Assembly (NCBI GenBank): GCA_964016885.1 | Contig: OZ024763.1 | Location: 18,786,001 to 18,850,000, forward strand | Direction: 5' to 3' | DNA length: 64,000 bases | Source: Eledone cirrhosa | Taxonomy: Eukaryota | Shown: positions 51,533 through 63,964 of the stretch, in pieces | Numbering within the stretch: the stretch's first letter is position 1 | How the letters are laid out: each line of letters begins with the position of its first letter | The notes under the pieces: generated by a model | Seen by the model: only the letters and a program-made list of their open reading frames with translations | Databases searched by the model: none | Told to the model about the DNA's origin: nothing | Translations under genes and position numbers: made by a program

Positions 51533-52200
51533 AGTGTTGGTAGTGGTGTTGTTGTTGGTGTTGTTGTTGTTGTTGGTACTGTTAGTGTTGGTGTTGTTGT
51601 TGTTGGTGGTGGTGGTGTTGTTGTTGTTGTTGGTACTGTTAGTGTTGGTGGTGGTGATCATGTTGTTGGTGTTGGTGTTGTTGTTGTTGGTACTGTTAGT
51701 GTTGTTGTTGTTAGTGTTGATGGTGGTGGTGCTATTGTTGTTCTTGGTGTTGGTGATGTTGGTATAAGTGGTATTAGTGTTGTTGTTGTTGTTGTCACAG
51801 GCAGTGGTGGTGGCAGTGATATTTACCCAATATCTCTCTTCCTTTATAAAGAGATTTTGGTTGTAATTTGAAATATATCTGGTGGCTGCTATTTCTAGCA
51901 GGACAAACTACCATATTGAGGTTGTGTTGTTGTCACCACGACCATCACCACCACCACCACCACGACCACCACCATCACCACCACCACCACTACCACCATC
52001 ACCACCACCATTACCGCCATCACTGCCACCACCACTACCACCATCACCAACACAACTACCACCATCACCAGCACCACACCACCACCTTACCACTGCCACC
52101 ACAACTACCACCACCACCATCACCATCACCACTGTCACAATACCACCACCACCACCACCACCACCACCACCACCACCACCACCACCACTGCCACCACCCG
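49850..52200. repeat. (GGT/GAT)n with periodic GAATATGTT, plus (GTT)n and (CAC)n blocks
   Basis: Direct reading. Confidence 0.9.
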
Positions 52201-52699
52201 AGTACCACCTGCAGAGCTTAGCTTTGTCATTCATCCTTACAAGGTCGATAAAATAAAGTACCAGTAATGCACTGGGGGTGATTTAATCGACTCTCCCATC
52301 CCCTAAAATCGTTGGCCTTGGTGCCTATTCCTATCAATAGGCGGGATTAGAATAAGTGGGAGGTGGTTGGGAAAAAGGTAATTTTTCTAGGTTGCCTTTG
52401 ATGATTTTTTAACAAACCAGAATTAGTTGTTTAGTTTACATATCGAGACCCCCAACCCATCCTATTTATTTTATAAAGTATGGGATTTCTAGTAATGTAC
52501 TTTTTTTGTCATGTATAATGTTTTTTAATTAATAAAGAAAATTAATTGTCACAGGAATGCTACCACTTACAATAAAATAGAGAAAGATTAGCAAAATTTA
52601 ATAAGTGGGGGTGCGGGGGAATCTGAAAAATTAATAAGCTGGTGCAGGGACGTTGATTATTCATGACTCGAGAGTAAATCCCAAACCCTTATTTATTCC

Positions 52700-53385
52700 T
52701 AGCTAGGAACCCTTATTTATCCCTAGTATTAGTTCCCCGTTGTTATTTATCAAATATTTTTGACGTTCTACTGTATATATTATATGATTATTTTCTAGTT
52801 GCCGAAGGAGCCCATCCTCCTTTCATTCATGGTAAATATATTCTCTCTGTGTTAGATTTTCGCTTGTGTATTTTAGATGTAGTTATTAGTGATCTTGTTT
52901 TTCTGTCTAGTCTTTCTTAATTTATTTAGTTCTTATTGAGAATATTTAGAGCATTCTTGTCTACTGCCTATTTTTTTTCTAACCCTGCATTTAGTTCTAT
53001 GTTAAATATTAATCTAATGTATATCTGGCCCTTTTTGTCATTTGTATGTATTGTACATTATCGAGCTTATTAATTCCTAAATAGTACTCATTCTGTTGGA
53101 TCTAATTCTTTTGTTTGTTTTTCTTTAGCTAGCATGATATTAGTGTTTTTAATTAATATTTTTATATTTTCAAATACACCTTGGTGCATTATTCTCACCT
53201 GAAACTTATTCCTATTCCTGTAGTAATTCCATGCACAGTCTGTTGCAGTGTTTCTAGTGTTTGTTTTTTTATCATCATCAGCATATAACATGACATTATT
53301 CATATACAAAAGATGGTTCATATTCCTCTCATAGCATTTATATTTGTGCTTTCTTCTCAAGTTGAACATGTTGCTTATAGCTGGT
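52700..53385 (-). mobile_element. Highly degraded Dong/R4-type RT fragment
   Basis: MNHLLYMNNVMLYA resembles the HLLYMDDxKLYA RT motif; YLGI remnant at ~53070. Confidence 0.5.
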
Positions 53386-53404
53386 TTATTATTATTAGTA
53401 GTAG

Positions 53405-53861
53405 TAGATTGGCAGAATCGGTAGAGTGTCAGACAGTATGCTTTGTGGCATTTAGTTACGGCCCTTGACATTCTGAGTTCAAATCCTGCCGAGGTTAACT
53501 TTGCCTTTCATCTTTACGGGGTCGATAAAATAAAGTACCAGTCACTCACTGGGGTCGATGTGATCAACTTTCCCTGCTCTAAAAATTGCTGGCCTTGTGC
53601 CTATATAAGAAACCATTGTGGGCGGTGGATTGACAGTATCGGTAGAGGGTTGGGCGCCATGCTTTGCAGCAAAGAGTTACGGCCCTTTATGGTCTGAGTT
53701 CAAATCAGGCACTATGCTTTGTGGCATTTAGTTACGGCCCTTGACGTTCTGAGTTCAAATCCCACCAAGGTTAACTTTGCCTTTTATCCTTACGGGGTCG
53801 ATAAAATAAAGTACCAGTAATGCACTGGGTAATTGCTGGCCTTGTGCCTAAAGTAGAAACA

Positions 53862-53897
<36 letters not shown>

Positions 53898-55203
53898 TTA
53901 CTATTGGTATACATTGGTTGTTATTGTTATGATTATCTTTTATGATAATATTATTACTAGGGCAGTGGATTGACAATTGTTGGAGCATCAGTCAAAATGC
54001 TCTGCAGAGTGACTGCTGGCTGAATCACAGCTGACCTACAACAACAACAACAACAACACTACTAGAAGATGAAAATACAATGTAAAAAACTTCTTTATAC
54101 AAATTTAGACATAATTCTTTAATTAACGAATTATTCGATAATTAACACATTAATCAACATTTATTTCTCTTTCCAAACATGATTCATAATTGTTTATTGT
54201 AGGGGTGACATACACTCCTTTGGGCCTTAACGAGCTGTTGTTAATTACAATGAAACAGAAATGTTAATAACAGTAAGAGATACAATAATTAGGATATTTA
54301 ATATACAAACCATTAGTAATAATTGTTTCTACTTTTGGCACAAGGCCAGCAATTACCCAGCACATTACTGGTACTTTATATTATCGACCCCGTAAGGATG
54401 AAAGGCAAAGTTAAACTCGGCGGGATTTGAACTCAGAATGGAAAGGGCCGTAACTCTATACTGCCAATCCACCGAATAATAATGGCTTCTTATATAGGCA
54501 CAAGGTCAGCAATTTGGGGGAAGGGGAAAGTCGATTAAATCAACTCCAGTGTATTACTGGTACTTTATTTTATCGACCCCGTAAGGATGAAAGGCAAAGT
54601 TAACTTCGGCGGGATTGGAACCTAGAATATCAAGACCCATAACTAAATGCCACAAAGCATTTCCCTGATGCTCTACCAATTGTGCCAATTCCCTGCCAGG
54701 ATTGATGATAATTTCTGCTTTAGGGGCATAATGCCAGTAATTATTATTATTATTATTTTTTTGGTGGAGTGTGGGGGTCCCTAATTTGACCCCACAACTT
54801 GACTAGTATTTTATTTTATTGATCCTGGATTTCAATTTAGAACACAGAATCAGAACAAACACCCCAAAGTGCTTTTTCCAAAGCCCTAATTAAGGGCTCT
54901 TTGAAATAACCCCCCTTAACCTTTAGGAGGCTGAATTTATTGATTCTCTTGATACTGTATTATGAATTAATGGGAGATTACTCTGACAGCGCCAAGTGGG
55001 TTGATAAATAATTTTGTTTCTACTTTTGGCACAAGGCCAGCAATTATCACAGTACATTACTGGTACTTTATTTTATCGACCCTGTAAGGATGAAAGGCAA
55101 AGTTAGCCTTGGCAGGTTTTGAACTCACATCATAAAGGGCCGTAACTCTATGCTGCAAAGCATGGCATCCAACCCTCTACCGATACTGCCAATCCACCAC
55201 CCT
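53405..55203. mobile_element. SINE family B clusters (+ 53405-53870; - 54315-54720, 55010-55203)
   Basis: Family B core in both orientations. Confidence 0.8.
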
Positions 55204-55224
55204 TAATTTACAGTCCAGCTTCTA

Positions 55225-55748
55225 AAGTGGTAGTACTGGTGCCATGACAAAAAGGACCCAGTTCACCCTATGAAGTGGTAGTACTGGTGCCCTGACAAAA
55301 AGCACCCAGTCCACCCTGTATCGTGCTAGTGCTGGGGCCTCGACAAAAGCACCAGTCCACCCTGTATGGTGGTAGTACTGGGGCCTCGACAAAAAGCACC
55401 CAGCCAACCGTATGAAGTGGTAGTGCTTGTGCCTCGACAAAAAGCACCCAGTCTACCCTGTAAGGTGGTAGTGCTGGTACCACGACAAAAGGCACCCAGC
55501 CAACCCTATGAAGTGGTAGTGCTGGTGCCATGACAAAAAGCACCCAGCCCACCCTGTAAGGTGGTAGTGCTGGTACTACGACAAAAAGCACCCAGCCAAC
55601 CCTATGAAGTTGTAATGCTGGTGCCATGACAAAAAGCACCCAGCCTACCCTGTAAGGTGGCAGTACTGGTGCCATGACAAAAAGCACCTAGTCAACCCTG
55701 TGAAGTAGTAGTGCTGATACTATGACAAAAAGCACCCAGTCCACTCTG
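55225..55748. repeat. ~49-bp tandem array derived from a SINE-A-like internal segment
   Basis: GTGGTAGTGCTGGTGCCATGACAAAAAGCACCCAG..CCCTGTAAG about 11 times; compare GGTGCCACGGCAAAAAAGCACCCAG in SINE A. Confidence 0.8.
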
Positions 55749-55888
55749 TCCACCTCAAAAAAGACTTTGTGCTGAGAATGAAACCTTTTATCCCTACTTT
55801 AGCAGATAAAATGACTTTAAAACACGTGCTGTATATGGTAATTAAATATATTTTTGTTGTTGTGTTGTGTGTATTTGATTTAGAATAG

Positions 55889-55945
55889 GATCAGCAGACC
55901 CCTACATCTTGTATGAGGTGGCTAAGAGACTTGGTGTCAAGGAGG
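55889..55945 (+). CDS. Candidate 57-nt symmetric exon (DQQTPTSCMRWLRDLVSRR in phase 0; GSADPYILYEVAKRLGVKE in phase 1)
   Basis: UG-rich tract, aatag acceptor, AGG|gtatgt donor; open in two frames. Confidence 0.35.
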
Positions 55946-56473
55946 GTATGTATTTACATATCTATATATGGTATGGTCCCATAACTCCCGATAGAGTCGT
56001 AAGGGAGCTGTATTGACATACAGTGTTTCTTGGGCATTTTAAGCGTGGTGGAGCTCATCCCTCTCCAGGCCTGAGAACAGCAGATTTCTTCTGGAGAAAG
56101 GTATGAAGTGAGAGAGAGAGGAAATGAGAAAGGGATATAGAGGAAGAATCGACCCCAGTACTTGACTGGTACTTTTGTTTATTGACTTTCACAGGATGAA
56201 AGGCAAAGTTGACCTCAGCGGGATTTGAACTCCGAGATCAGAGAGCTGGAACCAATACCACAAGGTATTCTATCCGACATTCTAATGACTCTAGCAATTC
56301 GCTGCCTATGCCAAGTAGGGTACCCAACTGTAAAACATTGCCTCAAAAAGGATCTTGATGAGTATGAAACCTGACCTGACTAACCCCAACCCGTACTTTA
56401 GCAGGGAATGTGGCCCTTAAAAGACCTGTTGTTGTTTTGTATTTAACCTTGTGTTGGAAATATTGTTTTGTAG

Positions 56474-56550
56474 AATGACATACGAGGTTCTGTTTCCAAT
56501 CTATCCAATGACAGCAGTGAACGAGGGAGCCAGGAAGACAACCTACAACT

Positions 56551-56586
<36 letters not shown>

Positions 56587-56603
56587 GAACTATTCAGTAT
56601 CAG
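56474..56603 (+). CDS. Exon with polyQ (NDIRGSVSNLSNDSSERGSQEDNLQL-Q12-NYSVS)
   Basis: ttttgtag acceptor, CAG|gtaatg donor. 130 nt, phase 0 to 1, links 30615 to 62908 in frame. Confidence 0.75.
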
Positions 56604-56659
56604 GTAATGTTATTTTCAATTTTATTAAGATCAATCAGCCCTAAAAATACACCACGTGT

Positions 56660-56693
<34 letters not shown>

Positions 56694-56829
56694 AACACCC
56701 CCCCGTATATATATATATATATATATATATCAAAACAACCCCCCGTCCCACCACCTCCACCCCATCCACACCGCCCCTTTCAATGTAAAGTTATGTTGGT
56801 CCCACAACATCCATGCCGAAACAAATGAG

Positions 56830-57471
56830 ATCGTGTAGGTGTCACGACAAAAAAAACACACAGTCCACGCTGTAAATGTGGCCGTGTAGGCAACACGGTA
56901 AAAACCTCCCAGTTCCACACTGTAAATGTGGTTGGTGTTAGGAAGGGCATCCAGCTGTAGAAAACCCGCCAGACAGTCCACGCTGTAATGTGGCCGTGTA
57001 GGCAACACGGTAAAAACCTCCCAGCCCCACACTGTAAATGTGGTTGGTGTTAGGAAGGGCATCCAACTGTAGAAAACCCGCCAGACAGTCCTATGCGAGC
57101 AAGACAACCACTCTTGCCTCAAGTGGGAAAACCCCCGTCCAAACCCATGCAAGCGTGGAACACGGACGCTAAACCTGATGATGATGATGATGATGATATA
57201 TATATCATCATTCATCATTTCATTTTACGTCCACTTTTCCCTGCTTGCAAGGGTAGGACGGGAATTGATGCTGGCTTGATTTCTACAGTTGGATGCCCTT
57301 CCTAACACCAACCTCATTTACAGTGAGTGCTGGGTGCTTTTTTGCCGTGGCGCCTCCACGACCACTTTGCAATGGAATGATAGGGACCCCAGTCCCTATC
57401 ATCTCATTTCTACAGCTGAGTAAACTGAAGCAATGTGAAATAAAGTGTCTTGCTCAAGGAAACAACACATC
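56830..57471. mobile_element. Tail-to-tail SINE fragments (A-related + 56830-57195; family A - 57205-57471)
   Basis: GGTGTTAGGAAGGGCATCC duplicated; GAT and ATC tails face each other. Confidence 0.75.
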
Positions 57472-57538
<67 letters not shown>

Positions 57539-57770
57539 TTTTGAGTATATGTTGGTTGTATACCAACACCTCAGTATGCAGATTGGAGCACTCAACGAAG
57601 TGCGCAGGTTGGTTTGGTTACTCCGGAGTAATGTAAAATAAAATAAAATAAATATGTCAAATGTTTAAAATTTAGCTTCGTTTATTACTGCCGTAATAAA
57701 CGAAGGTAAATTTATTACTGCAGTAATAAACGAAGCTAAATTTTAAACATTTGACTTATTTATTTTATTT

Positions 57771-57801
<31 letters not shown>

Positions 57802-57929
57802 CATACACACACATATATATATATATACACCCGTCTGTAACTCTTTACAATACACACACACAAACATACATTCACATATTCAATGCATTTCCTATCTTAA
57901 TCATGTTACCTTCAATTTGTTTTTTTGCC

Positions 57930-59250
57930 AATCCTTACCTATGGTCCTGAATCTTGGCTAATGACAGAAAGAATGATCGCGAATACAAGTAGCTGAAATG
58001 GGGTTCTTCTGAAGAGTCTTCGGAGTAATGTTACTCCATAGAGTGTATGGTTTGGAGATCAGAGAGTCACTCCAGGTAGAGCCACTACTTCTCCGAATTG
58101 AGATATCACAGCTCCGATACTATGGACATGTGGTTAGAATGTCTTAGGAAAGAATTACTAGAGTCACTCCAGGTAGAGCCGCTACTTCTCTGAATAGAGA
58201 GACCACAGCTCCGATACTATGGACATGTGGTTAGAATGTCTTAGGAAAGAATTACTAGAGTCACTCCAGGTAGAGCCACTACTTCTCTGATTAGAGAGAT
58301 CACAGCTCCGATACTATGGACATTTGGTCGAAGTGTCTCAGGAAAGAATTACTAGAGTCACTCCAGGTAGAGCCACTACTTCTCCGATTAGAGAGACCAC
58401 AGCTCCGATACTATGGACATGTGGTTAGAATGTCTTAGGAAAGAATTACTAGAGTCACTCCAGGTAGCGCCGCTACTTCTCCGATTAGAGAGACCACAGC
58501 TCCGATACTATGGACATGTGGTTAGAATGTCTTAGGAAAGAATTACTAGAGTCACACCAGGTAGCGCCACTACTTCTCCGATTAGAGAGATCACAGCTCC
58601 GATACTATGGACATGTGGTTAGAATGTCTTAGGAAAGAATTACTAGAGTCACTCCAGGTAGAGCCGCTACTTCTCCGATTAGAGAGATCACAGCTCCGAT
58701 ACTATGGACATGTGGTTAGAATGTCTTAGGAAAGAATTACTAGAGTCACTCCAGGTAGCGCCGCTACTTCTCCGATTAGAGAGACCACAGCTCCGATACT
58801 ATGGACATGTGGTTAGAATGTCTTAGGAAAGAATTACTAGAGTCACACCAGGTAGCGCCACTACTTCTCCGATTAGAGAGATCACAGCTCCGATACTATG
58901 GACATGTGGTTAGAATGTCTTAGGAAAGAATTACTAGAGTCACTCCAGGTAGAGCCGCTACTTCTCCGATTAGAGAGATCACAGCTCCGATACTATGGAC
59001 ATTTGGTCGAAGTGTCTCAGGAAAGAATTGCTGGACAGATTTTACGAGCAAAAATCAACCGGCAAGAGACCCAGGTGTTGACTCCCAAGCAAGATGGCTG
59101 GATAGCATCCATGAGATTAACTGGTCTCACTCGGGGATCCAGCCAGATCAATTGGAGATGGTTGCTTATGATAGGATGCACTGGAAGGGGTGTTTGAGGA
59201 CTCTGCCCCCAATGACTCTTCCAGGAATAAGGGGGCAACGAAGAAGAAGA
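57930..59250 (+). mobile_element. RTE-type 3' fragment with ten internal 97-bp tandem copies
   Basis: Unit starts at 58064+97n up to 58937. Encodes ESLQVEPLLLRLERSQLRYYGH-like RTE sequence; (GAA)n tail. Confidence 0.85.
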
Positions 59251-60467
59251 GTGATGTTGCTACAATAGGTTATTAAATACTTGAGGATAATCATGACAAA
59301 ATAAGGGAGTTGTTTTGTAATCACACCACCTTTAACTCCTCTTCACCCCTTTGCAAGGAAAGGGGTCACTTCCTATCCCTTAATTACTTAGGACACAATA
59401 TCACAACTCTCTGACTCCTACATCCATACCACACAATAAATAACCTACAGAGAAAAGACCCCTTCTTAAACTCTAACTTAAACTCTCAAAACAATACAAG
59501 AAAGGGGCTTCTTTCTACCCTCTATCTCCCACTGCTAAGTCCAAGAAAGGGCCTCTTTCTAATCCCTAACTCCATATAACACAATAATACAGCAAGAAGG
59601 CCAGTTTATAACCCCTAACTCCTACAATACTAGAAAAGGACCACATTAAACCCTGAACAACCTACAACATTAATATACAAGAAAAGGGTCACTTTCTCAC
59701 CCCTAACTCCTTATGACACATCGCTTCAAAAAAAGGGGTCACTTTCTAACCCCTAACTCTTTATGACACTATGATACAAAAAAGGGCCTCTTTCTCACCC
59801 CTATCTTCTTATGACAATGATATAAAAAAGAGCCTCTTTCTCACCCCTATCTTCTTATGACACAGTGATACAAAAAAGGGCTTCTTTCTAACCCCTAACT
59901 CCTTATGATACAATGACCTACAGAGAAATGATTCCTTTATAAACTCTAATACAAGCAAATGACCCTTTAAAACCCCTTACAACACAACCAAATGACCTGT
60001 TTCTGTCTCTTGACTTCCTACCACACAAAAACAAATAGAAAGGATCCCTTTCTAATCCCTAGCACACCTCCAAACCACACCCCTCCCATATCAATACAAA
60101 GAAACCTATTATCTTGTTTTGGCCCCTAAAAAAACCCCCCAAAACTGCTAAAAATTCCATCCCCAAAAAACCCCAGTGTATATGTCCCCACTTTTAACTC
60201 TAAATGGTGGCTATCTCACAAGCGATAGAACTTTATGTAACAAAAAAGGGGTCTTTATGTAAACCCTCAGGTCTCTGTGCCCGAGGAAAATCCTCCGTCA
60301 CATTAGGGGCTGTTATTTTTCTTAAATTTAAATACAGGTACAACACCAATTTTCTGGCCCCCTTTGTTCTGTATCTATCCTGGTTTGTCCCTTTTTTTTT
60401 CTGGGCTGAAACATATTTACCAAGTCATGTTCTCTAGAAACATATTGGAAAGTTAGAAATACACTTT

Positions 60468-60820
60468 GTCATCATCATCATTTCATTTCATCATTTCATT
60501 TTACGTCCGCTTTTCCCTGCTTACAAGGGTGGGACTGAACTGATTCTGGCTTGATTTCTACAGCTGGATGCCCTTCCTAACACCAACCTCATTTACACTG
60601 AGTGCTGGGTGCTTTTTTGCCGTGGCACCTACACGTCCACTTTACAGTGGAATGATAGGGACCCCAGTCCCTATCATCTCATTTCTACAGCTGAGTAAAC
60701 TGGAGCAATGTGAAATAAAGTGTCTTGCTCAAGGAAACAACACATCACTCGGTCTGAGAATTGAACTCACAACCTTTCGATTGTAAGGCCAATGCTCTAA
60801 CCACTAAGCCATGTGCCTCC
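60468..60820 (-). mobile_element. SINE family A, full length
   Basis: Matches 15113-15460. Confidence 0.85.
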
Positions 60821-61317
60821 ATCATCATAATTATCATAATTATCATCATCATTATTATTATCATAATTATCATTATCATAATTATCATCATCATTATCAT
60901 CATTATCATAATTATCATCACCATCATCATCATCATTATCATCATAATTATCATCACCATCATCATCATCATTATCATCATAATCATCATTATCATCATA
61001 ATTATCATCATCATCATAATTGTTTTCATCATCATCATCATCATCATCATCCTAATCATTATCGTTATTAACATCATCATCATTATCATCATCATCATCA
61101 TCATTTAATACCCATTTTCCCTGTTGCTCCAATTACATTCAGCTGTAAAGGAATACCTGCAGTAGTTGGGGGAAGTTAATCATGCAATAGACTATCTTCC
61201 TGTCCAGGTGGGGAGTCTTGTACTCTTAAATATTTTACACAAAGGAAACCGGAATAAGCGCCTCCTTGATTAACCTCTGGGCTTTGACATGAAAAAAAAA
61301 AAATTCCAATTCATTAA

Positions 61318-61380
61318 CCCTTTAGCATTTACATTACTCTATATATACTATTATATTTTCACTCTATATATATATATTTA

Positions 61381-61421
<41 letters not shown>

Positions 61422-62269
61422 CACTCTATATATATATATTTACATTACTCTATAATTACTATTATATTTTCACAGTAAAGGCTTTACCTCACATAATATC
61501 TCACATAAAATTTACATTACTCTATATATACTATTGTATTTTCACAGTAGAGGCTTTACCTCACATAATATCTCACATAACATTTACATTACTCTATATA
61601 TACTATTATATTTTCACAGTAGAGGCTTTACCTCACATAATATCTCACATTACTCTATATATACTATTGTATTTTCACAGTAGAGGCTTTATCACATAAT
61701 ATCTCACATAACATTTACATTACTCTATATATACTATTATATTTTCACAGTAGAGGCTTTACCTCACATAATATCTCACATAACATTTACATTACTCTAT
61801 ATTTACTATTATATTTTCACAGTAGAGGCTTTACCTCACATAATATCTCACATAACATTTACATTACTCTATATATACTATTGTATTTTCACAGTAGAGG
61901 CTTTACCTCACATAATATCTCACATAACATTTACATTACTCTATATATACTATTATATTTTCACAGTAGAGGCTTTACCTCACATAATATCTCACATTAC
62001 TCTATATATACTATTGTATTTTCACAGTAGAGGCTTTATCACATAATATCTCACATAACATTTACATTACTCTATATATACTATTATATTTTCACAGTAG
62101 AGGCTTTATCACATAATTATTTTACATAATATTGAATCTATGAGATTTTGATATTATTTATTTTGAGTATAATACCTTAACATCAGTATGAGTGACCAGT
62201 TGCAGCCGGTTTGAACAGAAAGACGTGAGAGAATTCTGGCCAGATATAGCCGGTTTATATGCTAAAGCG
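61318..62269 (+). mobile_element. TTAA MITE with an internal 72-bp array (~10 copies)
   Basis: TTAA|CCCTTTAGCATTTA ... ATGCTAAAGCG|TTAA; private GTAGAGG variant in most units. Confidence 0.85.
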
Positions 62270-62379
62270 TTAAGGTCGTCTTGGTTGAGTACTACTTGGT
62301 GTAGGGTCCCACAGGTGGATGTCATGGAGCCAGGGTACACCTAGGTTGAATGTCTGAAGAGAGTTCCCCTGTTTTTGGT

Positions 62380-62820
62380 TAGTAAAGGTGGACATGTTTA
62401 GTGAAAGCCCCTGTACTGTCTGGAAAGTTTGTCTCAAGCCATGAGGCTCATTAGGCAAGTGTTTATCCTTGTTTCCGTGACGTGAAGCGACTCAGAGTAC
62501 AATACTCTCCCTGGACAGGATGCCAGTCCATCGCAGGGTTAAAGTCTGTCTCAAGCCCAGAGGTTCACCAGGTCGGTGTTTATCCTCGTTTCTGTGGCAT
62601 GAAGTGACTGAGCGTACAAGACTTCCCCTGGGCAGGACACCAGTCCATCACATGGTTAAACCCCTAGCTATTACCGGTACTCATTTTCAGCTGAGTATAC
62701 TGGAGCAACATGAAATGAAGTGTTTTGCTCAAAAACACAATACACAACCGAGTCCAGGAATTGAACCCATGACATTATGATCGTAAGTCCAACACCCTTA
62801 CCACTGGGCCACGTGCCTCT
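62380..62820 (-). mobile_element. SINE family C with partial tail duplication
   Basis: Minus-strand head GAGGCACGTGGCCCAGTGGTAAGG..GGTTCAATTCC; CCTGCGATGGACTGGCATCCTGTCCAGGG segment. Confidence 0.75.
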
Positions 62821-62907
62821 GCAGTACTGGGTTGATTTATAAATGGCATAAGATACACACACCCACACCCACACACAACTAGCTTGTGATTGATTTGTTC
62901 TTTACAG

Positions 62908-63162
62908 AATATTTATCCTCTGAAAAAACAACTCGTTTGGGGAACTTAGCTTTGAGGGCCTCACGATTCTTTGAAACCCTCAACTGGAGACGGTACTCCA
63001 AAAAAGATGCAGATTTGAAGCTAAGCCGATTCTCATTGAATTCCCTGCCAAGGAAAATCAACTCCACTACCCCTGACACATCCCCTGATATTCCCAAGTC
63101 CGACAAATTGGTTTCCTTATCCGAACCGAGCTGGCGGGAAGACTCTAAAGTCTTGTGCAAAA
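62908..63162 (+). CDS. Exon of AFAP1-like adaptor (EYLSSEKTTRLGNLALRASRFFETLNWRRYSKK..EDSKVLCK)
   Basis: tttacag acceptor, gtaagt donor. 255 nt, phase 1-1, open frame. The gene continues beyond the window. Confidence 0.8.
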
Positions 63163-63901
63163 GTAAGTATTTTCTGCCTCCTGTGTTACTGTTGTTGTTT
63201 CTGTGAAGCTGGATGTTCAGCATGTGGGTTTACTTCCAGAAACGGGGGGTGAGATGGATGTCCCTTCTCTTTCTTTTCTTTGACATAATCTTTGGTTTTT
63301 TTTTCTTTGCCTGTGTTTTGTTTCTTAACTGGGAGTTTTGTGGTTTCTGTTGGGCTGGGGATGGATGTATTTCTTGGGGGTTCTGCTTCGAGAAAAATCC
63401 TGGAATAGGATGGTAGTGACCCCTTTGCCTTTTCTTTTCTTTGTTTTGTTATTTGGTATTTCTGCCTGTGTCCCCTAAAATGAGGAGAGGTTTGTCGTTT
63501 CTGTGGGGTTGGATGTACTGCATGTGGTTCCATTCTGGGAAACAATCGGAGAAGAGAAATGATAGTCCCTGCTTCCTTATTCTTTGGTGTTTTTGTTTGT
63601 ACCCCTTCTTACATAGTAGTGGCAGGGGTTGTCATTTTTAAGGGGGGTTGGACGTACAGCATGTGACTCCACTTTCAGAAATATAATCAGATGGGTGTGA
63701 GATGGGTGTACCGCTTTCTCTTTTTCTTCCTCATCATCTTGTTCTTCATCAGAAAACCTCACCTAGGCAACAACTACTAAGTAGATGATGTAGAAAGTAT
63801 GCATGGACCCTAGGGGTATGTTTTGGCAGCCCCCAACCCCATATTAATGCATCAATGTCCTTGCAAATTGTTTAATAAAGTTGTCTTGCTTGCATGCCAC
63901 C

Positions 63902-63964
<63 letters not shown>

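Noticed and set aside
49803-52256. Extensin-like, poly-His and poly-Val ORFs
   Set aside because: Trinucleotide repeat translations without splice or compositional support.
59560-59920. CCCTAA motifs suggesting telomeric repeats
   Set aside because: Isolated hexamers within a diverged ~55-bp repeat, not tandem (TTAGGG)n.
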